Positions 47,165 to 57,996 of a DNA stretch of 64,000 nt are shown here, piece by piece. The DNA comes from Leptolyngbya sp. Prado105 (GTDB taxonomy: Bacteria > Cyanobacteriota > Cyanobacteriia > Leptolyngbyales > Leptolyngbyaceae). The position numbers were made by a program, and so were the translations under genes. The stretch covers positions 908 to 64,907 of the forward strand of contig JALOOO010000007.1 of NCBI GenBank assembly GCA_025454375.1. Reading direction: 5' to 3'. Position 1 is the first letter of the stretch, and every line of letters begins with the position of its first letter. The notes beneath the pieces were generated by a model. The model saw only the letters and a list, made by a program, of their open reading frames with translations. It was not told the DNA's origin and did no database searches.

Positions 47165-47504
47165 TGTCAATACTCCTCTAACTTTTACGCATCTAACTCT
47201 GTAATTCATACAAAGTTTGTATGGATTTATTATTCAACAATTAACGATGAACTCCCATAGAGACTTTACTTAATCTATGTAGTAACTTACTAAATTTCGC
47301 TGCTTAACTTAGGTATAAATTACATATTGCTCTGACAAGTAGAAGAGTTTGATTTTACTGTTCATTTGCTTCTTGTACGAACTTAAATTACTTAGGTTAG
47401 GAAGGTTTGAGCGAGTCCTCAATCCCCTTAAATGCTTATGTATACACTATCGTATCCATAAGCATCAGCCGCAGTTATCCCAAATCAATCTGGTACTAAA
47501 ATGC

Positions 47505-47533
47505 AAAAGCGGGATGCGTTAATTCATCCCGCT
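47505..47533 (-). terminator. Terminator-like hairpin after the RTX gene
   Basis: AGCGGGATG-CGTTAATT-CATCCCGCT with a short T run on the minus strand. Confidence 0.65.
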
Positions 47534-47568
47534 CGTTTCAAATCAAAGTGAGTTTAGCGAACTGTCAG

Positions 47569-50500
47569 TTAGGCAAAGAAGAATGTCGCTTGATTGCCAA
47601 GGGCTAAGTTCTGATTGAAGTTGCTAGGGGTAAAACCACTGGTACTCATCAAAACAATCAATTGTGTGCCTTGACCAAATCCTAGCGCTTGATTTCGCAA
47701 GGATAAGACTGTGGTTGAACCATTATCAACCACATCAATATTCATAGCACTGTCAATTCTGAGTTGATCACCATCGACCCCTCGCCGGAAATTGGTGATC
47801 ACATCGCGACCATCCCTTGATGTATAGACCACCAGATCAATTTCTCGATCGAGTCCCAAATCAATGAGATCGTTGCCGCGTCCACCGATTAAAGTATCGG
47901 CTCCTCTTCCACCTCGAATCGAGTCATCCCCTGCAAATCCTCTCAAAAGATTGTTCTCGTCGTTGCCAAAAATCTGATTATTCAGCGCATTGCCTGTGCC
48001 ATTGAGCGCAACCCCAGTTAGAGTTAAGTTCTCGATATGGTCACTCAATGTCCAATCCACTGAGGATGTGATAGAGTCTGTTCCTTGATTCAAAGCTTCT
48101 GTCACAACATCAGCGAGATTATCCACAACGTAGTTGTCATTTCCCAATCCTCCAATTAAGATGTCTGCACCTAAACTGCCATCTAGATTGTCATTGCCAG
48201 CACCCCCGACTAAACGATTGTTGCCTGCGTTCCCGATGAGAGTATTTGCGAGGCTGTTTCCAGTGCCATTGATTGCAGCCGAACCCGTTAAGGTGAGATT
48301 CTCAACATTGGCTGGGAGCATATAGGTCACAGAAGAGATAACTTTATCCGTTCCCTGACCTGCTAGCTCAGTGATTGTATCGCTAGCAGACTGAATGATA
48401 TAGGTGTCACTGCCAAAGCCACCGATTAAGATATTGGTTCCAGCGCCACCACTAATCAAATCATTACCAGAGCTACCATCCAATCTATCGTCACCAGCAC
48501 CGCCCCAAATTGAATCAGCATTGCTACTTCCAGAGAACGTAATCGCACCTGCATAGGTTGAGAAATCGAATTCTTCAAATTTGCGAATCACCAATCCTGG
48601 GACATTTGTGATTTGTGTGTTGACATTGGTCATGTCTACGGTAATAGATATCGTTCCATTGGTTAGCACAAAGCGATCGTCACCGTCTCTTCCATTAAAT
48701 TGATCGTTTTGCTGCACTTGAGCAGAGTCAACAATGACACGATCGTTGCCGAATCCACCGATGAATTGATCGCTTGAGATCGTTCCTAGAAAAGTGACTG
48801 CCCCGAAATAATCACTAAAATCGAATTCCTCAAAATTCTGAAGCGTCAGTCCTGAAATACCGCTAATTTGGTTACTTGCTGCTGGATTGATCGTCAAGTT
48901 GACAAACCCAGCACTGAGCGCAAACCGATCTCTCCCGGCTCCACCATTGATGTCATCATTTTGCACAACCTGCTCAAATTGAGCATTAACGGTGTCATTT
49001 CCGCCCCGTGCGTTCAGTTGATCACGTCTCAGCGTGAGTGTGAAAGTTTCGTCAGCACTCGTGCCATTGATGACTTCTCCAACATTGATCAGAATCGATT
49101 GACCCACTTGCAATGCTGTAATGCCACTATCCCCATTGCCATTGTCATTGACAGTTACTGAAACTGTATCGGTTGTAGAAGCAGACCCACTCTGGTAGGA
49201 CAAAGAAGCAAGCGCCGCGTTCAGATTATTGAGGCTACCGCTCAGTTGAAAACTTTGACCACTGTTACCCGGCACAACCGTTAGACCATTGGTTGTCCCG
49301 AATATGAGGGTTCCAGTTCCGACAGCAACAGTGACCGTCAGAGGAATTGCGTTATTCGCATCAATATCAGCGATACTGATGCCAGAAATCGCAGTTGAGC
49401 TATTCGTGTTCACGTTCTGGAATCCAGGAACACTGAGCGTCGGAGCATCGTTGACCGCTGTAATATTTAGCTTTGTTGTGGCGATCACACTGGTTTGTGC
49501 GCCATCATTTACGACAAATTGAATTTCTCGACTGGTAGTGTTTGGATTGTCGCTGAGGTTGCGGTAGGCGATCGACTTGAGTGCGTTCTCGTAGTTCGCA
49601 ATTGTAGTGGTTCCGGTAAGTGCTAATATCCCATTGTTAAACGTTCCTGAAATCCCGTTTTGATTGGTAAATAGGAGTTCGTCTTGTCCTGCAACAAAAT
49701 TCGCGATCGTGATGGTCGCTCCATCTATATCGTTATCGAAGTTGGTAATGGTTAGGTTGGAACTGGTTAAAGTTGCTGAACCATTTTCGGTAAAGCTGGT
49801 TGCAAAATTACTGCCGGGACTTGCACCATTGAGATCGAGTGTCAGGGGTGGGCGAAGTTGAATCGATCGAGTCGCAGTGAGTGGATTGCTCCCATTTGCA
49901 CCATTTCCATTGTCGTTTACAGTAATGGAGAGGGTGTCTACAGTATTGCTGCTGGCTCGATACGACAAAGAGGCAAGGGCTGTATTGAGATCACTGAGAC
50001 TGCCACGAATCTCAAAACTCTGCACATTTGTAGTTCCGTTCCCCGATACTACGGTGATTCCATTCTGTGTACCGAGCGAGAGAGTTCCAGTTCCCGCAGA
50101 AACTGTAACATTCAGAGGGATCGTACTGTTGGCATCGACATCAGCAATACTGATGCCAGCGATCGCAGTTGAAGCATTAGAATCAAATCCCTGAGTTGCC
50201 GGAGCGTTGAGAAGTGGAGCATCATTGGTCGCGGTGATGCTGAGGGTTGTGGTGACGATCGGGCTAGAGCGCACATCATCGAATAGAACAAACTGAATGT
50301 CTCTTGCGATCGTGTTTGGATTGTCACTGGAGTTTCGGTACTGAATCGAACTTAGAGCAGTTCGGTAGTTCGCGATTGTTGTCGTTCCCGTTAGGGTAAG
50401 GACTGCGTTTGTGAAAGTTCCGCTGATGTCATTTTGATCAGTAAATAGAAGTTCATCTTGTCCGGCGACAAAATTTACGATCGTAATCGTTGCTCGATCA

Positions 50501-52440
50501 ATCTGATTGTCAGAATTGGTAATTGCTAAAGTGTTGCTAGCTAGAGAAACCGTCGCACCGTTTTCAATAAAGGCTGCTGCGAAATTGCTACCCGCACTTG
50601 CTCCATTGAGATCTAGCGTCAGTGGAGTTGGAGGATCGAGTCTCCATAAGCGATCGCCACCAGAGCCGCTATTTGCCGAGAAATACAGCGTTCCATTGAC
50701 ATTCGCCAAATTATCCACGTCAGATCCAGTACCGCCTAGTCGAATGTCTTTTACAAGTAAGGCTTGACCGCTCAGAGGATCAACTTTCCAGAGTTCAACT
50801 CCATTGGCGGCAGAACCATTTGTGGCTGAGAAGTACAATGTGCCATCGACATTGACGAGCGATCGCGGATCGGAATCGCCTGAAGTATGAATGTTTCTAA
50901 CCAATGCTGCCTGACCATTCGCATCAATCTTCCAGAGTTCAAGGCCATTCACACCATCATTTGCTCTGAAATACAGCGTTCCGTTGACATTCGTAAGAAG
51001 TTGCGGATTAGAGTTACCTGTAGGGTTAATATTGCTTACTAGCTCTGCTTGTCCATTTGCATCAATCCTCCAGAGTTCAACTCCATTCGTACCATCATTT
51101 GCTGTGAAGTATAACGTTCCGTTGATATTAGTAAAATTCGAGAGAGAAGAACCCGTTGATCCACCCCGAATGTCTCTCACTAAAGTAGGAACTGCTCCTA
51201 GCGCGATAGTATCAAACTTCCAAAGTTCGGCTCCAGTTGCAGGAGTGGTAGTGCCTGCTGCTGAGAAGTAAAGAATTCCATTAACGTTGGTGAGATTCCT
51301 AGGTGTGGAACTTGCAATACCCGATCGAATATTATCAACAAGTTGAGCTTCACCATTTGCATCCAGTCTCCACAACTCAATGCCATTCGTCGTATCTCTT
51401 GCTACAAAGTAAAGTGTTCCATTCACATTTACCAGAGATTCAGGATCAGAATAGCTTGGGGCTGTAGCACTTGCCACGACGCTTAGTTGTCCAGTTGGAT
51501 CAACCTTCCACAGTTTTCGACTTGCGCCATCATCTGCTGAAAAGTAGAGTGTGCCATTGATGTTAATCAACTCTTCAGGAGCAGCATTTCCACCTGCATT
51601 GATGTTGCCGACTAACGATGCTGTGCCTGTGGGCGAGTCAACTTTCCACAGTTCAACCCCGTTTACCCCATCATTGGCGGTAAAGTAAAGTACCCCATTT
51701 ACATTCGTCAGATTAGTAGGAGAAGAATTGAGACTGCCCGCAGCAATGTTTCTAACCAGTGCGGCTTGACCTGTCGTAGGGTTGATTCGCCACAATTCAG
51801 TTCCATTGCCATCGCTTGCCGAGAAGTACAAAACACCATTGACATTGACAAGATTAGTCGGAGCGGTGTAAGTCCCTGCTACAGGCACAGGATCATTTGC
51901 TAAAACCGATCGGTAATTCGATCGCGCTTCTAGCCCAAAAGCCAATTCAGTCCGAATTTCTCCAGTTCTAACTTCTAGCTGCCAATTCCCGCCAAGTTCC
52001 GCAGATCCGGTCTTGGTTACAGAAGCTGCGATCGTGGCTCCAGTCAGTTCGCTCATCTGCTGCAAGAAGGCTTGTGAACCTTGAGCCACTTCGCAACCGT
52101 AGATTAAAATCTCTGCATCTGCACCCAATGATCTAGCCCATTGCATCAACGATCGAGCATATGGTTCAATCGTCGATGTACTGAGTTTTGCTGTCCCTAG
52201 TAAAATCGTGCCTGGAGTTCCATGAGACACGATATGAATGGCTCCAATCTGCCTTCGTTGGGCTAATACTGTACTGATCTGGATTACACCATCGCCATTC
52301 AGCAAAATGACTTCAACGTTCGATCTCACTCCTGCAACGAGACTAGAAAAATCAGGAACAGACGGATCGATAAACGCAATTTCTGTACAATCGCTTAGAT
52401 CTAAAACAGCAGCGCCAAACTGGGGTGCAGAAGCAGACAT
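47569..52440 (-). CDS. Giant surface protein: DUF4347 + ELWxxDGT-like repeats + two cadherin-like modules + RTX Ca-binding repeats
   Basis: FIDPSV..HIVSHGTPG..YGCEVA..GGNWQLE (DUF4347); nine xLW(R/K)xD/N repeats with LVNVNGTLYFSA; duplicated 259-aa module starting 50625 and 49848; GGAGDDRLDG/GGAGNDNLDG nonapeptides; no signal peptide. Confidence 0.9.
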   Translation of the reverse strand: MSASAPQFGAAVLDLSDCTEIAFIDPSVPDFSSLVAGVRSNVEVILLNGDGVIQISTVLAQRRQIGAIHIVSHGTPGTILLGTAKLSTSTIEPYARSLMQWARSLGADAEILIYGCEVAQGSQAFLQQMSELTGATIAASVTKTGSAELGGNWQLEVRTGEIRTELAFGLEARSNYRSVLANDPVPVAGTYTAPTNLVNVNGVLYFSASDGNGTELWRINPTTGQAALVRNIAAGSLNSSPTNLTNVNGVLYFTANDGVNGVELWKVDSPTGTASLVGNINAGGNAAPEELININGTLYFSADDGASRKLWKVDPTGQLSVVASATAPSYSDPESLVNVNGTLYFVARDTTNGIELWRLDANGEAQLVDNIRSGIASSTPRNLTNVNGILYFSAAGTTTPATGAELWKFDTIALGAVPTLVRDIRGGSTGSSLSNFTNINGTLYFTANDGTNGVELWRIDANGQAELVSNINPTGNSNPQLLTNVNGTLYFRANDGVNGLELWKIDANGQAALVRNIHTSGDSDPRSLVNVDGTLYFSATNGSAANGVELWKVDPLSGQALLVKDIRLGGTGSDVDNLANVNGTLYFSANSGSGGDRLWRLDPPTPLTLDLNGASAGSNFAAAFIENGATVSLASNTLAITNSDNQIDRATITIVNFVAGQDELLFTDQNDISGTFTNAVLTLTGTTTIANYRTALSSIQYRNSSDNPNTIARDIQFVLFDDVRSSPIVTTTLSITATNDAPLLNAPATQGFDSNASTAIAGISIADVDANSTIPLNVTVSAGTGTLSLGTQNGITVVSGNGTTNVQSFEIRGSLSDLNTALASLSYRASSNTVDTLSITVNDNGNGANGSNPLTATRSIQLRPPLTLDLNGASPGSNFATSFTENGSATLTSSNLTITNFDNDIDGATITIANFVAGQDELLFTNQNGISGTFNNGILALTGTTTIANYENALKSIAYRNLSDNPNTTSREIQFVVNDGAQTSVIATTKLNITAVNDAPTLSVPGFQNVNTNSSTAISGISIADIDANNAIPLTVTVAVGTGTLIFGTTNGLTVVPGNSGQSFQLSGSLNNLNAALASLSYQSGSASTTDTVSVTVNDNGNGDSGITALQVGQSILINVGEVINGTSADETFTLTLRRDQLNARGGNDTVNAQFEQVVQNDDINGGAGRDRFALSAGFVNLTINPAASNQISGISGLTLQNFEEFDFSDYFGAVTFLGTISSDQFIGGFGNDRVIVDSAQVQQNDQFNGRDGDDRFVLTNGTISITVDMTNVNTQITNVPGLVIRKFEEFDFSTYAGAITFSGSSNADSIWGGAGDDRLDGSSGNDLISGGAGTNILIGGFGSDTYIIQSASDTITELAGQGTDKVISSVTYMLPANVENLTLTGSAAINGTGNSLANTLIGNAGNNRLVGGAGNDNLDGSLGADILIGGLGNDNYVVDNLADVVTEALNQGTDSITSSVDWTLSDHIENLTLTGVALNGTGNALNNQIFGNDENNLLRGFAGDDSIRGGRGADTLIGGRGNDLIDLGLDREIDLVVYTSRDGRDVITNFRRGVDGDQLRIDSAMNIDVVDNGSTTVLSLRNQALGFGQGTQLIVLMSTSGFTPSNFNQNLALGNQATFFFA

Positions 52441-52626
52441 TCCGGTGAACTCCAAACAGAACGTCCCTAGCATTCCCGATGCTGATCGCAACTTAGATGG
52501 GCTTATCTCGTTAATTTCACGAATTCAGTAATATAACCGAGCAATTACATGCCTTAAGTTTGGGAATGCCGCTGCAACCGTGAAATTCCCGGGAATTTCT
52601 TGCCGAAAGATGAGCAATTTTGTGGA

Positions 52627-54441
52627 TTAGAAATTCCCGTGAGTTGCGATCGCATGTTTAAGGCGATCCGTCACTTCACTCAGCGCGATCGCGCCTAGCT
52701 CTCCAGAAGCCCGCGTCCGAATATTCAGCGCATTCGATTCGACTTCTTTTGCCCCCACGACTGCCATGACTGGAATCTTTTCCTTCTCAGCATTGCGAAT
52801 CAATTTGCCCAGTCGATCGCCACTTGGCGCAACTTCCGCTCGAATTCCCGCAAGTTTCATTTGCTCAACCGCCTGCTTCGCGAATGGCAAAAATTCATCA
52901 CTCACGGTGAGTAACCGAATCTGCTCTGGAGCAAGCCACACTGGAAAATCTCCGGCGTATTCTTCAATCAGAATCCCGATCAATCGCTCCAATGAGCCAA
53001 ACGGTGCGCGGTGAATCATCACAGGACGTTTGCGGCTGCCATCTTCTGCAACATATTCGAGATCAAAGCGTTCCGGTAAGTTGTAATCGACTTGAACAGT
53101 TCCAAGTTGCCATTCTCGATCGAGCGCATCACTAAAGATAAAGTCCAATTTCGGACCATAAAACGCTGCCTCACCGATCCCTTCAAAATAGTTCATCCCT
53201 AGGGTTTCGACTGCACGACGAATTGCACCTTGAGCTTTATCCCAAGCCTCATCAGACCCAATATACTTATCTGAATCTGGATCACGGAAACTCAAGCGAG
53301 CTTTGAAGTTCTTCAGTTGCAGACTCTTAAAGACGGACAAAATCAAATCTACAACGCTGAGAAACTCTGCATCAAGCTGTTCAGGGGTAACGAACAAATG
53401 AGAGTCATCCACAGTAAAGCCGCGCACTCTGGTCAATCCGCCAAGTTCACCCGATTGCTCGTAGCGATAGACTGTTCCAAATTCTGCTAATCGCATCGGT
53501 AAATCTCGATACGATCGCAGTTCACTCTTATAGATTTGAATGTGGAATGGACAGTTCATTGGCTTCATTACAAAGCCCTGTTCTTCGGTTCGAGCTTTGT
53601 CGTCTTCCGCCATCATCGGAAACATATCTTCGCTGTACTTCTGCCAGTGACCTGATGTTTTGAACAGATCAACTTTTGCAATGTGCGGCGTAACCACAGG
53701 CAGATAACCGCGCTTGGTTTGCTCTTGTTTGAGAAAGTCTTCGAGCGTCGATCGCAAGATTGTGCCTTTGGGTGTCCACATCGGCAAACCTGGACCCACG
53801 AGATCTGAAAAGATAAATAGTCCCAACTCCCTCCCCAATTTTCGATGATCGCGCTTCATCGCTTCTTCTTTGCGGCGCTTGTACTCGGCTAACTGCTCAG
53901 GAGTCTCCCAAGCGGTTCCATAAATCCGTTGAAGCTGAGCTTTGGTTTCATCTCCGCGCCAGTATGCACCCGCAACGGATTCAAGCTCGATCGCATCGGG
54001 GTTTAATTCTTCCGTACTCTCAACGTGTGGACCTGCACACAAATCCCACCACTGATCGCCTAGGTGATAGATCGTGATCGGCTCTTGCTTGATGTCGTCA
54101 AGAATCTCTAACTTGTACGGCTCATTCAGCACTTGAATTCGGCTCTTTGCTTCTTCGCGACTGACTTGCTCACGAGTGACGGGCAATTTGCGCCGAATGA
54201 TTTTTGTCATTTCTTTCTTAATCGCCTTGAGATCCTTTTCAGTAAAAGGATCTGGGCTATCAAAATCGTAGTAAAACCCATTCTCAATCCAAGGACCGAT
54301 CGTCACCTGCGCTTTCGGAAAGAGTTTCTGAACCGCCATCGCCAACACATGCGAAGTCGTATGGCGAATTTTCTTTAACGCTTCAGATTCGCTGGTCTTG
54401 GGCAAATGAATTTTTTCCGGCTGGTTTGAATCGGCAGACAT
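52627..54441 (-). CDS. thrS: Threonine--tRNA ligase
   Basis: IRHTTSH, DLCAGPH, RDHRKLG, KPMNCP, RVRGFTVDD, FYGPK, IHRAPFGSLER. Confidence 0.98.
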   Translation of the reverse strand: MSADSNQPEKIHLPKTSESEALKKIRHTTSHVLAMAVQKLFPKAQVTIGPWIENGFYYDFDSPDPFTEKDLKAIKKEMTKIIRRKLPVTREQVSREEAKSRIQVLNEPYKLEILDDIKQEPITIYHLGDQWWDLCAGPHVESTEELNPDAIELESVAGAYWRGDETKAQLQRIYGTAWETPEQLAEYKRRKEEAMKRDHRKLGRELGLFIFSDLVGPGLPMWTPKGTILRSTLEDFLKQEQTKRGYLPVVTPHIAKVDLFKTSGHWQKYSEDMFPMMAEDDKARTEEQGFVMKPMNCPFHIQIYKSELRSYRDLPMRLAEFGTVYRYEQSGELGGLTRVRGFTVDDSHLFVTPEQLDAEFLSVVDLILSVFKSLQLKNFKARLSFRDPDSDKYIGSDEAWDKAQGAIRRAVETLGMNYFEGIGEAAFYGPKLDFIFSDALDREWQLGTVQVDYNLPERFDLEYVAEDGSRKRPVMIHRAPFGSLERLIGILIEEYAGDFPVWLAPEQIRLLTVSDEFLPFAKQAVEQMKLAGIRAEVAPSGDRLGKLIRNAEKEKIPVMAVVGAKEVESNALNIRTRASGELGAIALSEVTDRLKHAIATHGNF

Positions 54442-54583
54442 GGGACGAAAGCTAATAAAATCACCCATCTATCTTACCGATCTGGCGGTAATTCGGGTTG
54501 AATCTGCAAAGTTTCGAGCTAAGATATAAGTGTTACGAAATGTAACAAATATTAGGATTTGCTCACGTGGTCACTCTCGAAAA

Positions 54584-54901
54584 ATGTTTAATCCCAACAT
54601 CCCCGATCCAAATATATTCAAAACCGTTTTAGAACCGCTTCTAGAGGACTTCCAGTACTGGTTTTCGCGATCGCGGAAGCTTTTGGAGGCAGAATCGATT
54701 TCGTTTCTGAGCGAAGCTGAACAAACCGAACTTTTGCAGCGAGTCGTTAGCGCTCAACAAGCCGTCAGTGTCACTCAAGCCTTGATGAAAGCGACAGATG
54801 GGCAGGCAGGTGTCGATTCTTCGATTTTAGTCACCTGGCACAAAGTTGTGACAGACTGTTGGCAAGTCAGTCTCAAACTGCGATCGCAGCAATCGAGTTG
54901 A
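54584..54901 (+). CDS. DUF2605 family protein
   Basis: LEPLLEDFQYWFSRS...TWHKVVTDCW. Confidence 0.85.
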   Translation: MFNPNIPDPNIFKTVLEPLLEDFQYWFSRSRKLLEAESISFLSEAEQTELLQRVVSAQQAVSVTQALMKATDGQAGVDSSILVTWHKVVTDCWQVSLKLRSQQSS

Positions 54902-55056
54902 ATTTTTCCAAACTCTCTCTTTTTTGGGATATCGAGATTCGTAAAAATCTGAGAGACTATTAGATAATAAGAAGATTAATTTTCACAATTCAGCATGGGC
55001 ACATCACTGTGTGTTCCCAACAGCTTTCTTTGTCAATCTTTATTGGCGCGAGGCAT

Positions 55057-55347
55057 ATGATTCTGCACCTACTTTATATTCTGGCGTTTACCGCATTGGC
55101 GTTTTTGGCGGTTGGGAATTTGATTCGGAATCTCATGACGTTGGGGATTGAGTCGCAGCGTCAGTATCCCTCGACGACAAAGAATCGTCCTACGCCTCAC
55201 CCGGAACTGCTGGATGAGAATGGACGGATGATTGACGAGCCGCTACTGGTGATGAGATCGATGAGTGTGGAAGATGCTCGCGAGCAGTTAGATGCGATTT
55301 ACAAGTCCTCACCCGGTGGGGAATCCGCACAGTCTGGGGACGAATAG
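55057..55347 (+). CDS. DUF2973 family protein
   Basis: LLYILAFTALAFLAVGNLIRN...HPELLDENG..IDEPLLVMRS..VEDAREQLDAIY. Confidence 0.85.
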   Translation: MILHLLYILAFTALAFLAVGNLIRNLMTLGIESQRQYPSTTKNRPTPHPELLDENGRMIDEPLLVMRSMSVEDAREQLDAIYKSSPGGESAQSGDE

Positions 55348-55428
55348 CCCCCTTAAGAAACGCCATAATTGTGAGTGAAGGTGCGGTGATGTTCGCGCCT
55401 TCTCTAATATTGAGGTGAGGGTGGAACT

Positions 55429-56673
55429 ATGAAGTGGGATAGTTCTTGGTTGAATCAAGTTCGAGACGGAATTGCCGCAGCAACAAAGCATGTCTCGATC
55501 GAGCCGATGGCAAAGACGGTTCAGGGTTGGTTCAAGGTGGACGAGGCAGAGGTTGAAGAAATTTTGCGAAAAGTGCGATCGGAGTTGCCGACGACTGAGG
55601 CATTGCTCGTTGGAAAACCGCAGTCGGGAAAATCTTCGATCGTGCGCGGAATCACGGGCATTTCGGCGGAAATCGTCGGGCAGGGATTTCGTCCGCATAC
55701 GCAGTACACCCAGCAATATTCCTATCCCACTGAAGAGTTACCGCTGTTAGTTTTTACAGACACTGTGGGGTTAGGAGAGGGTCTTCAAGAAACCTCTGAA
55801 GTGATTCGTGAATTAGTGGGTGAGCTTCAACCTGGCGAGTCAAATGCAAAAATTCTCATTCTGACCGTTAAGATCAGCGATTTTGCTACGGATACTTTGA
55901 AGCAGATTGCCGCTCGAATCCGGCAGAAACATCCAGACGTGCCTGTTTTGCTAGCGGTGACCTGTACGCATGAACTCTATCCCACTGAGGTTAGCGATCA
56001 TCCTGACTATCCCCCAAGTCTTGCAGAAGTCGATCGAGCATTTACTCGCATCCAATCAGACTTTAAGAGTTTGTTCGATCAAGCCGTTTTAATCGATTTC
56101 ACCTTAGAAGAAGATGAATTTCATCCAGCGCTCTATGGATTAGAACCGTTGATGGATACGATCGCGCAACTGTTACCTGAAGCAGAAGCGAGAACGATTT
56201 CGCAGTTGCTTCACGATCGCGATGCAGGCAAGCAAATTAGCGATCTTTACCGAGAGGCAGCGCGGCGATATATCCTACCGTTTTCAGTCATGGCAGGGGC
56301 AGCCGCAGCAATTCCTTTACCTTTGGCAACGATGCCTGTTCTAACCGCGTTGCAGGTTTCGATGGTGGGGGCGTTGGGGCAATTGTATGGACAGACGTTA
56401 AGCCCTTCACAAGCAGGAGGAGTCGTGAGCGCGATTGCGGGTGGATTTGTTGCACAAGCGATCGGGCGAGAGTTGATTAAATTCGTGCCGGGATTTGGCA
56501 GTGTGATCGCGGCTTCTTGGGCGAGTGCGTATACCTGGGCGTTGGGGGAGGCAGCCTGTGTGTATTTTGGGGATTTGATGGGAGGCAAAACGCCTGATCC
56601 GAAACGGATTCAGACGGCGATGCGCGAAGCCTTTCAGGATGCGAAAGATCGATTTAAACCTTCAAAAGAGTGA
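55429..56673 (+). CDS. GTPase with C-terminal DUF697/YcjF-like membrane domain
   Basis: GKPQSGKSS, DTVG; C-terminal hydrophobic AAAIPLP...IKFVPGFGS. Confidence 0.85.
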   Translation: MKWDSSWLNQVRDGIAAATKHVSIEPMAKTVQGWFKVDEAEVEEILRKVRSELPTTEALLVGKPQSGKSSIVRGITGISAEIVGQGFRPHTQYTQQYSYPTEELPLLVFTDTVGLGEGLQETSEVIRELVGELQPGESNAKILILTVKISDFATDTLKQIAARIRQKHPDVPVLLAVTCTHELYPTEVSDHPDYPPSLAEVDRAFTRIQSDFKSLFDQAVLIDFTLEEDEFHPALYGLEPLMDTIAQLLPEAEARTISQLLHDRDAGKQISDLYREAARRYILPFSVMAGAAAAIPLPLATMPVLTALQVSMVGALGQLYGQTLSPSQAGGVVSAIAGGFVAQAIGRELIKFVPGFGSVIAASWASAYTWALGEAACVYFGDLMGGKTPDPKRIQTAMREAFQDAKDRFKPSKE

Positions 56674-56750
56674 GGGCGATGCGAGCAAGTTGCACATCGG
56701 ATTAAATCGGGATTCGCTAGAATTTGCGTATCTGCAACTTTTTATTACAA

Positions 56751-57353
56751 ATGCACCTTCGTTTCTCGCAGGATATCGAATCTCTGATCAATCGGCTTTC
56801 TGAAGAACCGTTAACGATCGCAGCGATTCTCTCCGAAACTTCAGAACGCGGATTTAGTCTTGTGATTGGGCTGTTAGTGATTCCCTTTCTATTCCCTGTC
56901 CCGCCAGGGCTGACTGGAATTCCTGGAACCGCCTGCGTCTTACTGGGGGTGCAAATGGCACTGGGAAGACGCGCACCCTGGCTGCCTAAAAAAGTTGCCC
57001 AGTTCAAATTTCCAACTAGCTTTGCAAAACAGCTTTTACAGAATGTGCGAAGAGTTACGCGGATTTTAGAGAAAATTACGCGCCCTCGCCTCAGCCGCAT
57101 CGCCTCGAATTCGCGGATTTGGCAGTTTAATGGCATCTGCATTACTTGGCTTTCAATTTTATTAATCGCGCCGATTCCTTTGACGAATCCATTTCCGACG
57201 GTTGGAATTTTGCTTCTCGTTGTCGCAATGCTTGAATCAGACGGGCTGCTAATGTGTGTCGCCTATGCACTGACTGCTTCAATTACAGCCATCTGCGCCA
57301 CGATCGTTTATTTACTTTGGAAAGCTCCCGATCTGCTAAACCAATGGCTATAG
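56751..57353 (+). CDS. Exopolysaccharide synthesis ExoD family protein
   Basis: ERGFSLVIGLLVIPFLFP..PG; APIPLTNPFP; ESDG. Confidence 0.9.
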   Translation: MHLRFSQDIESLINRLSEEPLTIAAILSETSERGFSLVIGLLVIPFLFPVPPGLTGIPGTACVLLGVQMALGRRAPWLPKKVAQFKFPTSFAKQLLQNVRRVTRILEKITRPRLSRIASNSRIWQFNGICITWLSILLIAPIPLTNPFPTVGILLLVVAMLESDGLLMCVAYALTASITAICATIVYLLWKAPDLLNQWL

Positions 57354-57980
57354 ATCCATTTTTCCAATTATCTCAAACCGATTTTGATCATTCAGTTGCA
57401 GAATGATGGCATCGCCCTGGTCAGGAATTTTATCCGCGATCGCAGTCATGTTGACTTGATGCGTCACCATGACGACCACTTTTTTCTCCGCTTTATGTTT
57501 CAACATAAATTGCCGCAGTTCTTCAGTTTGGCGAGAGGCGGTTTGAGGATTTTTAAAGAATGAATTTAACGCAGTCAATTGCTCGACTTTGCCTAAATTC
57601 AGCAGTCGCGCCGTCTCTAAACAGCGACACCACTGGCTAGAGAGAACGCGCGCCACAGGAATTTGATTTTGGCGAAAGGCACGACCAATTCTCTTGGCTT
57701 GCTGTTTGCCTTCGGGCGAGAGGTTGCGCTGTGTTGTGCAATTGTCCAGGCGAAAATTGACTGGATCACCGGTACCCGGTGCGATCGCATGTCGCATCAA
57801 AATGACGGTGAATCGTTCTGCCTGACGCAGTTGTGCCCAAGTTGCTGAGCTTGCTGAAGTTTCAGAGCGATCGGATCTGACCGGACGAGACGATTGGGAG
57901 AAAGCACGGAGCGTATCGACGTAGTAAACGTTGCCAATTCCTGCGAGGCACAGCAAAGCAAGGACAATCAATGGTTTCAT
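57348..57980 (-). CDS. Histidine phosphatase superfamily protein, exported
   Basis: LMRHA, QRNLS..G, SSQWCRCLETA, VTHQ. Confidence 0.9.
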   Translation of the reverse strand: MKPLIVLALLCLAGIGNVYYVDTLRAFSQSSRPVRSDRSETSASSATWAQLRQAERFTVILMRHAIAPGTGDPVNFRLDNCTTQRNLSPEGKQQAKRIGRAFRQNQIPVARVLSSQWCRCLETARLLNLGKVEQLTALNSFFKNPQTASRQTEELRQFMLKHKAEKKVVVMVTHQVNMTAIADKIPDQGDAIILQLNDQNRFEIIGKMDL

Positions 57981-57996
57981 CTGTGACGATAAGGAG

